64,000 nt of DNA, taken from an uncultured Gammaproteobacteria bacterium. GTDB taxonomy: Bacteria > Patescibacteriota > Microgenomatia > UBA8517. Both the position numbers and the translations under genes were made by a program. Under the pieces are notes generated by a model, which saw nothing but the letters and a program-made list of their open reading frames with translations, was not told where the DNA came from and did no database searches. Position 1 is the first letter of the stretch, and every line of letters begins with the position of its first letter. Location of the stretch: the NCBI GenBank assembly GCA_964587425.1, contig CAZPLB010000001.1, positions 30,545-94,544 of the forward strand, given 5' to 3'. This document shows, in pieces, positions 47,491 to 56,994 of this stretch.

Positions 47491-47765
47491 GTCTTCCTTT
47501 CTTTTTTATTTTGTTTTCTTGCTGAAATTATTCTTATTTTATCTGCTCTAATAGTAAAAATGATTGATAAAAATTTAGTTTTGTCTGTAACTCCTAATGC
47601 TAAAAACCTTTTTTCTTTTAACGAATGCTTCTTGTCCGGAAAAATTTTAACTGGTTTATTAAAAAATATTTCTTCTATTTCTTTGGAATGAACCTTATGT
47701 TTATCCCAATTCTTAGTTAAATTACCCTTGTCCCAATCAAATTTTACTGGGACAGGTAACTTCAT
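47472..47765 (-). CDS. brnT: BrnT toxin (DUF497)
   Basis: 'FDWDKGNLTKNWDKH...IRIISARKQNKKERK'. Confidence 0.85.
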   Translation of the reverse strand: MKLPVPVKFDWDKGNLTKNWDKHKVHSKEIEEIFFNKPVKIFPDKKHSLKEKRFLALGVTDKTKFLSIIFTIRADKIRIISARKQNKKERKTCLKEN

Positions 47766-47770
47766 GAATT

Positions 47771-47799
47771 AGTATATTACTATAATATACACTTGTCAA
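47771..47799 (-). promoter_or_regulatory. Consensus sigma70-like promoter (TTGACA-17-TATACT) 5 nt upstream of the brnT ATG, with an embedded 8-bp inverted repeat (GTATATTA/TAATATAC) that is a putative operator
   Basis: Read directly on the minus strand; spacing implies a leaderless or very short-leader transcript. Confidence 0.4.
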
Positions 47800-47802
47800 G
47801 TG

Positions 47803-48480
47803 TTATTTAGGAGTGGCAGAGGAAGTTGCGATAGGTGTTGCTAGACTTTGGTCAATTACTGCCTTCAGAGCTTCAGGGTTTGGAATCCCTACTACCATTT
47901 GGCCATTTATGAAAAAAGTGGGGGTGGAATTAACTTGCAGTGTGTTTCCATCTGTCTGGTCTTTATTTATTTTTTCTTTGAATTTTTCATTTTTGACGTC
48001 TTCTTTAAATTTATCAACATTAAGATTCAAATCTTTTGCGTAGCCTGCAAAGATTTCAAGTGGGTCGGTGCTTTCTGACCACTTGTCCTGGTTTTCATAT
48101 AATTTGTCATACATTTCCCAATATTTATTTTGTGCACCAGCTGCTTCTGCAGCTTCCGAGGCTATCTGTGCATTTTTGTGCTGAGGGAGAGGGAAATTCC
48201 TAAAAACAAAATTTACTTTGTCCCCATATGTTTTCATTATTTCTTTCATTACTGGGTGTGCCTCTTTACATGATGGGCACTGAAAGTCTCCAAACTCTAC
48301 AATTGAAAACTTTGCCTTGGGAGAAGTTTGATTACTGTCTTCTCTAATTAGTATTGCAGGGTCTCCTGTTGGTTTGGGAACAGATGGGCCAGTTGGTTTG
48401 GTTGTGAAGTAAATTAATGCACCAAATAATACTAAAAATAGTGCACCGATTCCTCCAATTACTTTAATTTCGTTTGACAT
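47803..48480 (-). CDS. DsbA-family thiol:disulfide oxidoreductase (membrane-anchored)
   Basis: 'FQCPSCK' CxxC in thioredoxin fold. Confidence 0.75.
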   Translation of the reverse strand: MSNEIKVIGGIGALFLVLFGALIYFTTKPTGPSVPKPTGDPAILIREDSNQTSPKAKFSIVEFGDFQCPSCKEAHPVMKEIMKTYGDKVNFVFRNFPLPQHKNAQIASEAAEAAGAQNKYWEMYDKLYENQDKWSESTDPLEIFAGYAKDLNLNVDKFKEDVKNEKFKEKINKDQTDGNTLQVNSTPTFFINGQMVVGIPNPEALKAVIDQSLATPIATSSATPK

Positions 48481-48481
48481 A

Positions 48482-48922
48482 TTACTTCGTATTATATCTT
48501 TTGAGAGCCAGCATACAAATGATGATTAAAGAAAAGGCTAAAAATGACAGGAGTGGGATGGTAACGAAACCAAAGTAGGAGATGAACTTTGTTGTACAAG
48601 AAATTCCTGCAACACATGGGGCTGAACTTTCTGGGATTATTCCATAGTAAAGGAGATTGTGGAACAAACTGATAAACCATCCAACTATTGTTAGGGGTAA
48701 GACGTAGTTTGGAAGGTTTTTGTCTTTTTTGATTATTCCAACCGCTATTATAAAAACTAGTGGGTATATGAAAATTCTCTGGTACCAGCAAAGGGTGCAA
48801 GGTGGAAAGTGTTTCACTTCACTGAAGTAGAGGCTTCCAAGGGTTGCAACAAGTGCCTGACCCCATGCAATATAGGCAAGACTTTTTGTATTTTTCTTTA
48901 GAACTTTTTCAATTTCTTTCAT
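48482..48922 (-). CDS. DsbB/BdbC-like disulfide bond formation protein
   Basis: 4 TM, 'CTLCWYQR' motif. Confidence 0.7.
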   Translation of the reverse strand: MKEIEKVLKKNTKSLAYIAWGQALVATLGSLYFSEVKHFPPCTLCWYQRIFIYPLVFIIAVGIIKKDKNLPNYVLPLTIVGWFISLFHNLLYYGIIPESSAPCVAGISCTTKFISYFGFVTIPLLSFLAFSLIIICMLALKRYNTK

Positions 48923-49095
48923 CTGGCTTAACGATTATAAGTCATTTCATGTATGTTATCCAACTTGCCTATCCCTCTTCTATTCGGGTCAAACCCATTT
49001 AGGAGTAGGAATTTCTAAGTGTACAAGCTTGGATTAAAGCCATTGAAAAACATATCTTGAGACTGAATCAGATTAAGTAACTCTAATTTTGAATA

Positions 49096-50322
49096 TTAAA
49101 TGAAGGTAATTGCTATACCCTTTTTGTCTGCTCTACCCGTTCTTCCAATTCTGTGAATATAGTCTTCCCTTGTTTCTGGCAAATCGTAATTAATGACGTG
49201 TGTTACGTTACTAATATCAAGTCCACGGGCAACAATGTCTGTTGCCAAAAGAATTTGAACTCTATTATTTTTAAAGTCAGTAAGAGCACGCTGTCTTTGA
49301 TTTTGGGTCTTATTTCCATGAATTGCTTCAACTCTAAATCCTCGTTGTTTAAGCTCTATTGATAACTTTTCGATACCAAATTTTGTTCGACCAAAAACAA
49401 GGACTTTGTCAAATCCATCTGTTATTAAAAGGTCGTGGAGTGCATCTGGTTTTGGTTTACCATTTAATCTTAAGACCTCCTGGTGAACGCTTTGTGTTGG
49501 TTCATTTGAGCGAACTGAAATGGCGATAGGGTTTTGCAAGAAAGTTCTGGCAACATTGTCGACTTTTGTTGGCATTGTTGCTGAAAAGAAGAATGACTGT
49601 CTTTTTTGTGGAAGTTTTGACAGAATGAAACTTAGGTCTTCAATGAAACCCATGTCTAGAATTCTATCTACTTCATCCAAAACTACATTTGTGTAATTTC
49701 CAAAGTTGATCACTCTTTGTCTTTCAAGATCCATTAGTCTTCCTGGTGTTCCAATCACGAAATTTGCACCGCGCCTCAAGCCATATACTTGAGGTCCCAT
49801 ACCAACTCCACCAATGCAAAGAACTGAAAATAATCCCATACCACGGGCGAACTCTCTAAATTCTGCTTCAATTTGAACAGCAAGTTCACGGGTTGGAGCT
49901 ACTATTAATACTCTTTCTCCCCTATTTTTATATGCTTTATCTATTAAGGGAATTAAAAAGGCTGCTGTTTTACCTGTTCCAGTTTTTGCCATTCCAACGA
50001 CATCTCGGCCATTTAAGCCTTCTGGGATTGCTTGGTCTTGAATTGGAGTTGGTGTTTTGTAACCACGAGAGACGATATTTGCTTTTAACTTTCCATCAAT
50101 TGGAAAAGCTTCAAATGAATTCTTGGCAACGAAAACTTCCTCTTTTTGAGTAGGTTCGAACTCATTTTGACTATTGATGAGGCTGGTTGGGTCAAAGGAT
50201 CTAAATCCACGCCTTCCTCCACGGCTGAATCCACCGCCCTGGCCACCACGAGAATAGCCACCATTGCCATGTGAATAGCCTCCTCTGCCAGAACCTCTTT
50301 GATTACCGTAATACATATACAA
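49096..50322 (-). CDS. DEAD-box ATP-dependent RNA helicase with N-terminal RGG/YGG low-complexity tail
   Basis: 'AKTGTGKT', 'DEVD', 'SAT', 'HRIGRTGR'. Confidence 0.9.
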   Translation of the reverse strand: MYMYYGNQRGSGRGGYSHGNGGYSRGGQGGGFSRGGRRGFRSFDPTSLINSQNEFEPTQKEEVFVAKNSFEAFPIDGKLKANIVSRGYKTPTPIQDQAIPEGLNGRDVVGMAKTGTGKTAAFLIPLIDKAYKNRGERVLIVAPTRELAVQIEAEFREFARGMGLFSVLCIGGVGMGPQVYGLRRGANFVIGTPGRLMDLERQRVINFGNYTNVVLDEVDRILDMGFIEDLSFILSKLPQKRQSFFFSATMPTKVDNVARTFLQNPIAISVRSNEPTQSVHQEVLRLNGKPKPDALHDLLITDGFDKVLVFGRTKFGIEKLSIELKQRGFRVEAIHGNKTQNQRQRALTDFKNNRVQILLATDIVARGLDISNVTHVINYDLPETREDYIHRIGRTGRADKKGIAITFI

Positions 50323-50479
50323 AAAAGTAACTGCTCGAAGAACGAAAATTAAGTGAATTTAAGAAGAAAAGATACAATATTCACTAAAACTAATGGGGTA
50401 TCTTTATCTAAACTTATTCAACTAGCTCTATAAATCAAGCAGTTAAAGCAGTATAGCATAATATTACTTCTTGTCAATA

Positions 50480-51625
50480 TTATGGGGTAATTTTGCTTCC
50501 TACAGCCTCAGAAATATTTTCGAAGCCATCTTTCTTAAGCGCTTTAATTAAGCCCAGGTTTATTTGGGATATTAATTGTGGACCTTCAAAAATCATACCT
50601 GTTATTAGTTGAACAAGGGAGGCACCAAGCTTAATCTTTAAATATGCATCTTCTATACTGAAGACTCCTCCGCAACCAATAATTATGAAGCGGTTTTTGT
50701 AGTTTTTGTAGGCAAGAGCTATTAGCTCATTTGATCTTTCAAAAGTTGGTTTACCGCTAAAGTTGCCCACTTTAAACTTTTTGACCTCCTCCTTAACCAG
50801 GGATGGATGGTTCCTGTCTTTTTGGAGATTGCCAAAAACAACTCCTTTTACCTTGTGTTTTGCAATTATCTTCAACATGGCGAGAACTTCCCTGTCTGAT
50901 TTCTCAATAGGCATTTTGATAAACAAAGGTTTTTTTATGTGAATTTTGTCAACTTCGTGCAGTAGTTCTTCCAGGTTCTTGGGTGGGTAAAAACTAATGT
51001 TCCCTATCAAATTGGGACAGCTAATATTTAATTCATAATATGATATTTTTAGCTTTGATTTTTCGAATTTCTTAAAGGTATCTACAACATCATCCATACT
51101 TTCTCTTTGGGTCATTTCTCTCCCGTTGGTTCTACCAATACTCACCCCTACCGGGAAGTTTTTACCAATCTCTAAATTTTCTATTTTTTCAATTATTTTG
51201 TCTGCCCCTCTACTTTTGAAGCCTTTATTTACCATTAATGATTTTGATTTGGGGAGTCTTCCCAGCATTGGTTTTGGATTACCCTCATATGGATGGTTGG
51301 TTACAGTTCCTACTGTTTCAAAGCCAAAACCAATTGCGGGCAATATTTTGGGGAGCTTTGCTTCATAGTCAAAACCAGCTGCTAAGCCTATTGGACTCAT
51401 GAAGTTAATTCCATGAATTTTTTGCTTTAGAATTGGGTTTTCGATTTGGAATATGCTTTTGAGGATTTTTCTGAAGAACTCTACTTTACTCAATAATTCA
51501 CCGAGTGAAGTTATTAGGGTGTGCACCATTTCAGCATCAAACAAGAAGAGTATTCTTTTGAATACATGCTTGTAGGAAAACGACAACAGAGATAAAAGGA
51601 ATGTGGTGGCGAATATTTTCTTCAT
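50480..51625 (-). CDS. pyrD: Dihydroorotate dehydrogenase (quinone), class 2, with N-terminal membrane anchor
   Basis: 'SPIGLAAGFD', 'GFETVGTVT...GNPKPM'. Confidence 0.8.
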   Translation of the reverse strand: MKKIFATTFLLSLLSFSYKHVFKRILFLFDAEMVHTLITSLGELLSKVEFFRKILKSIFQIENPILKQKIHGINFMSPIGLAAGFDYEAKLPKILPAIGFGFETVGTVTNHPYEGNPKPMLGRLPKSKSLMVNKGFKSRGADKIIEKIENLEIGKNFPVGVSIGRTNGREMTQRESMDDVVDTFKKFEKSKLKISYYELNISCPNLIGNISFYPPKNLEELLHEVDKIHIKKPLFIKMPIEKSDREVLAMLKIIAKHKVKGVVFGNLQKDRNHPSLVKEEVKKFKVGNFSGKPTFERSNELIALAYKNYKNRFIIIGCGGVFSIEDAYLKIKLGASLVQLITGMIFEGPQLISQINLGLIKALKKDGFENISEAVGSKITP

Positions 51626-51657
51626 CCACCATATTTTAAACCTTTTATTTCAAATGG

Positions 51658-52218
51658 CTACTTTCCCTTGACGGCTGCCTCAATAATGTCGTGTGGAAGG
51701 GATGCTGCTGACAAAAGCGCTTTTCTCGCTCCCTGTCCTGCTTCACTTCCCACTTTATCTGCTGCGTGGATTACTCCGAGCACGGCTTCTGTTACAAATT
51801 CTCCTGTATTCTTGCCTAAACTTTCTGCTGTTGCCATAGCTCCTTCTACTGCTCCCACTGCAACGTTTCCGATATCGCCTCCGACGCCTGCTGCTCCATA
51901 GATTGCACCTCCTGCAGCTTTTCTAACTGCAACAAGTACATCTCCTCCAAGCTCTGAAACTGCCATGACTGCGGAACTAACCGTGTCTTTGGCTGCTTCA
52001 ACCAATGCAATGCCTGCTTCCTGGGCTGCTGCAACACCAGCTGCTACAAAATCTCCAACATTCTCAAGAGCTGATGACGATATGTCACCAACGTCTTTCA
52101 AAGAGCCTGTTACTTGGTTTTTGACAGCTGATCTTAAAGAAGAAAGGGAATCATCTGCGCCCTTGACGACTGATACGATAACGTCTTTTGTGCTTTCAGC
52201 TAAACTAGATAATTTCAT
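51658..52218 (-). CDS. Ala/Gly/Val-rich repetitive hypothetical protein (locally elevated GC)
   Basis: ORF; compositionally distinct from flanks. Confidence 0.4.
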   Translation of the reverse strand: MKLSSLAESTKDVIVSVVKGADDSLSSLRSAVKNQVTGSLKDVGDISSSALENVGDFVAAGVAAAQEAGIALVEAAKDTVSSAVMAVSELGGDVLVAVRKAAGGAIYGAAGVGGDIGNVAVGAVEGAMATAESLGKNTGEFVTEAVLGVIHAADKVGSEAGQGARKALLSAASLPHDIIEAAVKGK

Positions 52219-52279
52219 TCATAATCACCCCCTTTTTGTATATTTCATACTAGCAGTGTTTTCGTGGTGATTCAAGGAA

Positions 52280-53632
52280 TTAAAATTCTATTTCTTGGTT
52301 TAGGACTGGTAAACTTATGTCTGATATCCCCAAATCCTCAGTTATCTTTTTTGCAAGAGTGTTCCTTGGTTCGTCTTCACCATGTGTTAGAAATACTTTC
52401 TTTACTCCTTTTATGTTTTTTAGCCAATTCATTAGTTGTGTTTGGTCAGCGTGCGAACTCATTGTTTGAGTATTTGTTACGGTTGCCCTTACTTCAACAC
52501 CAACTCTATCAATTGTAATTTTTTTACTTCCTTCCAATAATTCGCGCCCTAGAGTTCCTTCTCCTTGATACCCAACTATGAGCAGGCGTGTTGATGCAAT
52601 GGGCAAATAAAAGCCAGCGTGCCCTACAATTCTCCCTCCTGTCATCATTCCACCACCTGCAATAATTACTTTTGGACTTTCCTCAAGATGGAGTGCTTCA
52701 CTTTCTCTTTCTCCTTCTATGTTAGTAAAACCTGGAAAGATGAATGGATTATCCCCCTTCGCAAGATCATCTTGGATATGAGGATTAAAATTTTCTTTAT
52801 AATTCGTGTAAATCGAGGTTGCTCTTTGAGCCATCGGGCTATCAAGATATATCGGGGTCTCACTTGAAATCTTACCTTCCTTTTTTAAGTGCATAATTAT
52901 GTGAAGGATTTCTTGTGTTCTCTCTAGGGAAAATGCAGGGATGAGAAGAGTTCCACCACTTTCTATTTTTTTAATTTCTGATTCAATAATCCCTATTGGA
53001 TCACCTTCTGGGTGGAGCCTGTCTCCATAGGTTGATTCCATAACAACGGCGTCACTTTCTTCTATCATTTCTGTTTTTTGAACTAAGGGTTCAGGGGAAT
53101 TTCCTAAATCACCGCTGAAAACAATTTTTTTTATTTGGGAGTTTGGAGTTTTATCTACAATTTCAAGACTGGCTGAGCCCAGTATGTGGCCGGCGTCTCT
53201 ATAGGTCACTGTAAAATTTCCAATATCAACCGGCTTTCTATAATCAACTAATTCAAAACGCATAATTGCCTTTGTTACCTGGTCGCGGTTGAAGAGTATT
53301 TTTGAATTATTTCTTCCGTTTGCAATTTTTGCTGCGTCAAGAAGGGATAATTCGGTTAGGTCACGGGTTGCGGGAGTCATGTAAATTTTTCCTTTGAAAC
53401 CTTTAGGGAGCAGAATTGGGAGCCTGCCGCAATGATCAAGGTGTGCATGGGTTAAAACCATAGCTGAGAGACTGGCTGCATCGTAATCAAATGGTTCGTA
53501 ATTTAATTTTTCAACTTCTGGGGGTCCTTGGAACATTCCACAGTCGACTAGTATTGATTGGCCACTTCCCGATGTGAGAACGTAACAGGAACCAGTTACA
53601 GTCCCAGCTGCACCTAAGAATTTTATTTTCAT
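52280..53632 (-). CDS. MBL-fold beta-CASP ribonuclease (RNase J/CPSF-like)
   Basis: 'LTHAHLDHCGRLP' HxHxDH motif plus beta-CASP region. Confidence 0.8.
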   Translation of the reverse strand: MKIKFLGAAGTVTGSCYVLTSGSGQSILVDCGMFQGPPEVEKLNYEPFDYDAASLSAMVLTHAHLDHCGRLPILLPKGFKGKIYMTPATRDLTELSLLDAAKIANGRNNSKILFNRDQVTKAIMRFELVDYRKPVDIGNFTVTYRDAGHILGSASLEIVDKTPNSQIKKIVFSGDLGNSPEPLVQKTEMIEESDAVVMESTYGDRLHPEGDPIGIIESEIKKIESGGTLLIPAFSLERTQEILHIIMHLKKEGKISSETPIYLDSPMAQRATSIYTNYKENFNPHIQDDLAKGDNPFIFPGFTNIEGERESEALHLEESPKVIIAGGGMMTGGRIVGHAGFYLPIASTRLLIVGYQGEGTLGRELLEGSKKITIDRVGVEVRATVTNTQTMSSHADQTQLMNWLKNIKGVKKVFLTHGEDEPRNTLAKKITEDLGISDISLPVLNQEIEF

Positions 53633-53653
53633 TCAATCTCAAGTCTATAGAGT

Positions 53654-54247
53654 TTACTTTCTTCTGGCAATGACGTGGAACACATGCCAGTGTTTGGGGG
53701 TACCGTTGGCTGTAGTTGAATCTTTATCTTCTTCAGTTAGTTCAATAATTTCCATATCAGATAATAGTTTTTCGACTTCGTCTTTTGTTTTAAACGTCAT
53801 TTTTGTTCCAGGTCTATTCCATTCATCGTTCACACCAAAAAATTGGCCCGTAAATACTCCACCTTTCTTTAGCGAGTTTTTTACTTTATTCCATGTTTCT
53901 TCAAACGTATCTGGTGGGTTAAAAGGAAGTGCCCATTGGGCATTCACCAAATCGTAATGCTCTCGTGAATAATCAAAATTATTAAAATTTGAGGTAACTG
54001 CTTGAAGTTTACTGCTATTTAATTCCTTTGCAGCTTCAATCATTAGCGGCTCACTATCTACTGCTGTAATGTGCTTGAATCCTGAGTCAATTAAGAACTT
54101 GGTGTCTCTTAACGCTCCGGCACCTAGGTCTAACGCATCATCTTTAACATTCACAAATTGTAGCGCTTTAATTAGTAAGGGAGATGGCGGTTTGTTTTTG
54201 GTGATTTCGTAGAATTCCAGCCACCTAGTGTTTGTTTTGTCTGCCAT
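53654..54247 (-). CDS. TehB-like SAM-dependent methyltransferase
   Basis: 'ALDLGAGALRD' motif I. Confidence 0.7.
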   Translation of the reverse strand: MADKTNTRWLEFYEITKNKPPSPLLIKALQFVNVKDDALDLGAGALRDTKFLIDSGFKHITAVDSEPLMIEAAKELNSSKLQAVTSNFNNFDYSREHYDLVNAQWALPFNPPDTFEETWNKVKNSLKKGGVFTGQFFGVNDEWNRPGTKMTFKTKDEVEKLLSDMEIIELTEEDKDSTTANGTPKHWHVFHVIARRK

Positions 54248-54250
54248 AGT

Positions 54251-55252
54251 TTAAGAATCTTTAATCAAACTCCAAGTTGCATACTCCTCAGGGGTTAATG
54301 ATAACTTATGCTTCCCCTTTTTACTCATGGACATTGCAAAGTGCGGTACAAGAATATTTTTTTCATATGATTTTATAATTGCTGGGTGGATGTAGTAGAT
54401 GCGACATACTCTTTTTGTATTTCCTAAGTGGTTTGAAACTTCGGATACAACATCTGTGATATTGGTTTTCATTTCTTTCTCTCCCTCTGCACTTCCTTTT
54501 TTATAGAATGAATCCCCTGCTAGTACACTTGCCCCCCAAGTACGAAAATCTTTGGCTGAGAAATCACCGCCAGTGTGGGTATGCAAATACGCATTTACAT
54601 CTCCTGAATCTACGACCTGTTTTTTGTTGTTTTCATCCATGTATTGGAAAAGTTCGTAACCTGGAAGCTCAATACATTCTTTTATTGTTTTGGCAACTCT
54701 ATTGTTACTTATATCAAGTTCGTGGAAGACTCCACTTTTACCTTCAAAACTAAAGGTTACAGTATTGCCTTTGACACCAATGTGTTTTTCCCGCATGGTA
54801 GTTAGTCCGTATGATTGATTTTCTTTGGCATACTCAACATTTCCTACTCGAATAAAGGTGTGCTCTAAAAGCCAAACTACTGTTGCAATAACTCGGTCAC
54901 AAGTTAGAGCGCGCTCGTGCATATGGGAGTGCACAATGTGGCGAAGAGTTGGGAGACGCTCGCCAAAGGCAATTAATTGATCAAACTTGTCTTCCTGATT
55001 TCTTCTCACCCATTCAATGTGGTAAATGTATTGTTTCCTTCCTTTGGCATCAGTGCCTGTTGCCTGTATGTAGTCCAAGGGATCTGGACTTATCTCCACG
55101 TCTTTCCAAGCAGGAGGGATATTGAGGTCTGAAATTCTTTTTTCTCTCTTTTTTGAAACTTTTTTTCCACTTTTGCTGACAAACACAAAGCCACTATTCT
55201 TTTTAATTCTTCTTACACTTCTACTTTTGTTTCTAAAATGAATTGGCGCCAC
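54251..55252 (-). CDS. DNA topoisomerase IB (poxvirus-like type)
   Basis: 'IPPAW', 'GRKQYIYH', C-terminal 'CRIYYIHP' catalytic Tyr region. Confidence 0.75.
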   Translation of the reverse strand: MAPIHFRNKSRSVRRIKKNSGFVFVSKSGKKVSKKREKRISDLNIPPAWKDVEISPDPLDYIQATGTDAKGRKQYIYHIEWVRRNQEDKFDQLIAFGERLPTLRHIVHSHMHERALTCDRVIATVVWLLEHTFIRVGNVEYAKENQSYGLTTMREKHIGVKGNTVTFSFEGKSGVFHELDISNNRVAKTIKECIELPGYELFQYMDENNKKQVVDSGDVNAYLHTHTGGDFSAKDFRTWGASVLAGDSFYKKGSAEGEKEMKTNITDVVSEVSNHLGNTKRVCRIYYIHPAIIKSYEKNILVPHFAMSMSKKGKHKLSLTPEEYATWSLIKDS

Positions 55253-55277
55253 AGATTAAGTATAGTATAATTATCGT

Positions 55278-55727
55278 ATGCAGAAAATTACTCCTTTTTT
55301 GTGGTTCAATAAAGAGGCTGAAGAAGCAGCTAATTTTTACACCTCAGTTTTTCCAAACTCAAAAATTCTTGGAACTGCATACTACTCTGCTGACAATCCC
55401 TCAAATTTACCTAAAGGGTCTGTGATGACAATTAGTTTTGAACTTGATGGACAAAAGTTTACGGCTCTAAACGGTGGGCCGGTTTTTAAGTTCAATGAAT
55501 CTATCTCGTTTGTAGTTCTCTGCAAAGATCAGAAAGAAATAGATTATTACTGGGAAAAGCTTTCATCTGTTCCTGAATCAGAGCAGTGCGGGTGGTGTAA
55601 AGATAGATTTGGACTCTCCTGGCAAATAATCCCGGAGAATATGGGAAAACTGATAAAGAACGAAAAAGGGATGCAGGCAATGCTTAAAATGCATAAAATT
55701 GTTATTGAAGATTTGGTGAATGCTTAA
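55278..55727 (+). CDS. VOC-family (PhnB-like / 3-demethylubiquinone MT-like) protein
   Basis: 'ITPFLWFNKEAEEAANFY' pattern. Confidence 0.7.
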   Translation: MQKITPFLWFNKEAEEAANFYTSVFPNSKILGTAYYSADNPSNLPKGSVMTISFELDGQKFTALNGGPVFKFNESISFVVLCKDQKEIDYYWEKLSSVPESEQCGWCKDRFGLSWQIIPENMGKLIKNEKGMQAMLKMHKIVIEDLVNA

Positions 55728-55951
55728 AAGTTAGTTCTCTTCACAGTTTTCCCTTTTTTGTCGTAAGTAATCCATTCTCCAACTTGCTTGCTTTTTAAAA
55801 AATGTCCCGAGCGCATTTTGGTTCCATCTTTTCGAAACCATTCCCAGTAACCCTCACATACTCCATTTACTATATCCCCTTTTGCCCAGATGCTGCCATC
55901 CTTGTGGTATTCAATGTGCTTTTTTTTCATAGAGTATTTTAACAGAAGCAA
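55724..55951 (-). CDS. YwqK-family / MORN-repeat-like small protein
   Basis: Repeated 'G.W..Y..nG' units. Confidence 0.5.
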   Translation of the reverse strand: MLLLKYSMKKKHIEYHKDGSIWAKGDIVNGVCEGYWEWFRKDGTKMRSGHFLKSKQVGEWITYDKKGKTVKRTNF

Positions 55952-56009
55952 GAAGGTTGCTTTTTTTTTACATATCGGATTATTATTTATGAAAAGGAGG
56001 TGATTAATT

Positions 56010-56426
56010 ATGGCACAATCTCAAGAAGTGATTCGTGAACGATCGGGGGGTGTAACTCCAAGCGGAAAAAGTGTTTCTCGGGAAAAGGTTGAAGTTTCTT
56101 CCCCTGAAGCGGAAGAAAGAGTTGCGATATGGTCTATGAATCGATTGGTTCTGTATTTGGCTGGGGTGATTGAAACACTATTGGTGTTTCGTTTTACACT
56201 TAAAATATTGGGGGCAAATCCAGTAAGTCCATTTGTCTCTTTCATCTATTCTGTATCTCAAATATTTGAGGCACCTTTCAGAGGAATTTTCCGAACTGCA
56301 GTTAACCCTGGTATTGAAACAGTTTCAGTATTTGAACCATCAACAGTTTTTGCGATGTTAGTCTATATTGTTTTGGCTGCTGGAATCGTCGAACTAGTGA
56401 GGGTATTAACAGCAACAGAAGAATAA
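56010..56426 (+). CDS. YggT-family membrane protein
   Basis: 'FRFTLKILGANPVSPFVSFIYSVSQ...PFRGI'. Confidence 0.6.
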   Translation: MAQSQEVIRERSGGVTPSGKSVSREKVEVSSPEAEERVAIWSMNRLVLYLAGVIETLLVFRFTLKILGANPVSPFVSFIYSVSQIFEAPFRGIFRTAVNPGIETVSVFEPSTVFAMLVYIVLAAGIVELVRVLTATEE

Positions 56427-56581
56427 AGCACTTGCTTAAGCTATTTATGCTTTTTGTTGTTTTAGGAATAACTTAAAGAAGGTGTTTTATCTTGATGATA
56501 TTTCTCAGATCCCAAACGTGGGGGCAAAAATGATTGGCGCATTTTACTGCACTTAATCTCAAGATTCAAGGGCATTAGCAC

Positions 56582-56935
56582 TTATTTTTTGCCTGGCATG
56601 AACATGTGGATACCAGTACTCACAAGGGACAGTACTACTCCAAAGACAAATGCCCAAAGGATATTCTCTACTTCAAAACCTGGGACAACAGCATCAACAA
56701 GCATTACCATTAATGCACTAATAACTAAACTGAAAAGTCCTAAAGTAAGTATGCTTAAGGGCAGTGTCAAAAATGAAATCAATGGCTTAATGAAAGCATT
56801 AACAAGTGCCAGTACTACAGCAACAATTAATGCCGTTACAAATCCGTCAACTTTCACACCTGGAAGAATATAGGCACTAATGAAAACTGCGACTGCACTT
56901 AATATTAAGTTAATTAAAATCTGCAATTTACTCAC
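56582..56935 (-). CDS. 4-TM holin-like (DUF360/Phage_holin_4_2) membrane protein
   Basis: 4 TM, small size. Confidence 0.5.
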   Translation of the reverse strand: MSKLQILINLILSAVAVFISAYILPGVKVDGFVTALIVAVVLALVNAFIKPLISFLTLPLSILTLGLFSLVISALMVMLVDAVVPGFEVENILWAFVFGVVLSLVSTGIHMFMPGKK

Positions 56936-56994
56936 CCCCTATCTTTATTTAGATTAGTTTATGTATTACATGAAGTCAAATTAGAACTTTGAGT

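Noticed and set aside
51668-52270. Plus-strand ORFs 51668-51901 and 51965-52270
   Set aside because: Antisense to the Ala/Gly/Val-rich gene; GC-rich repetitive DNA keeps several frames open.
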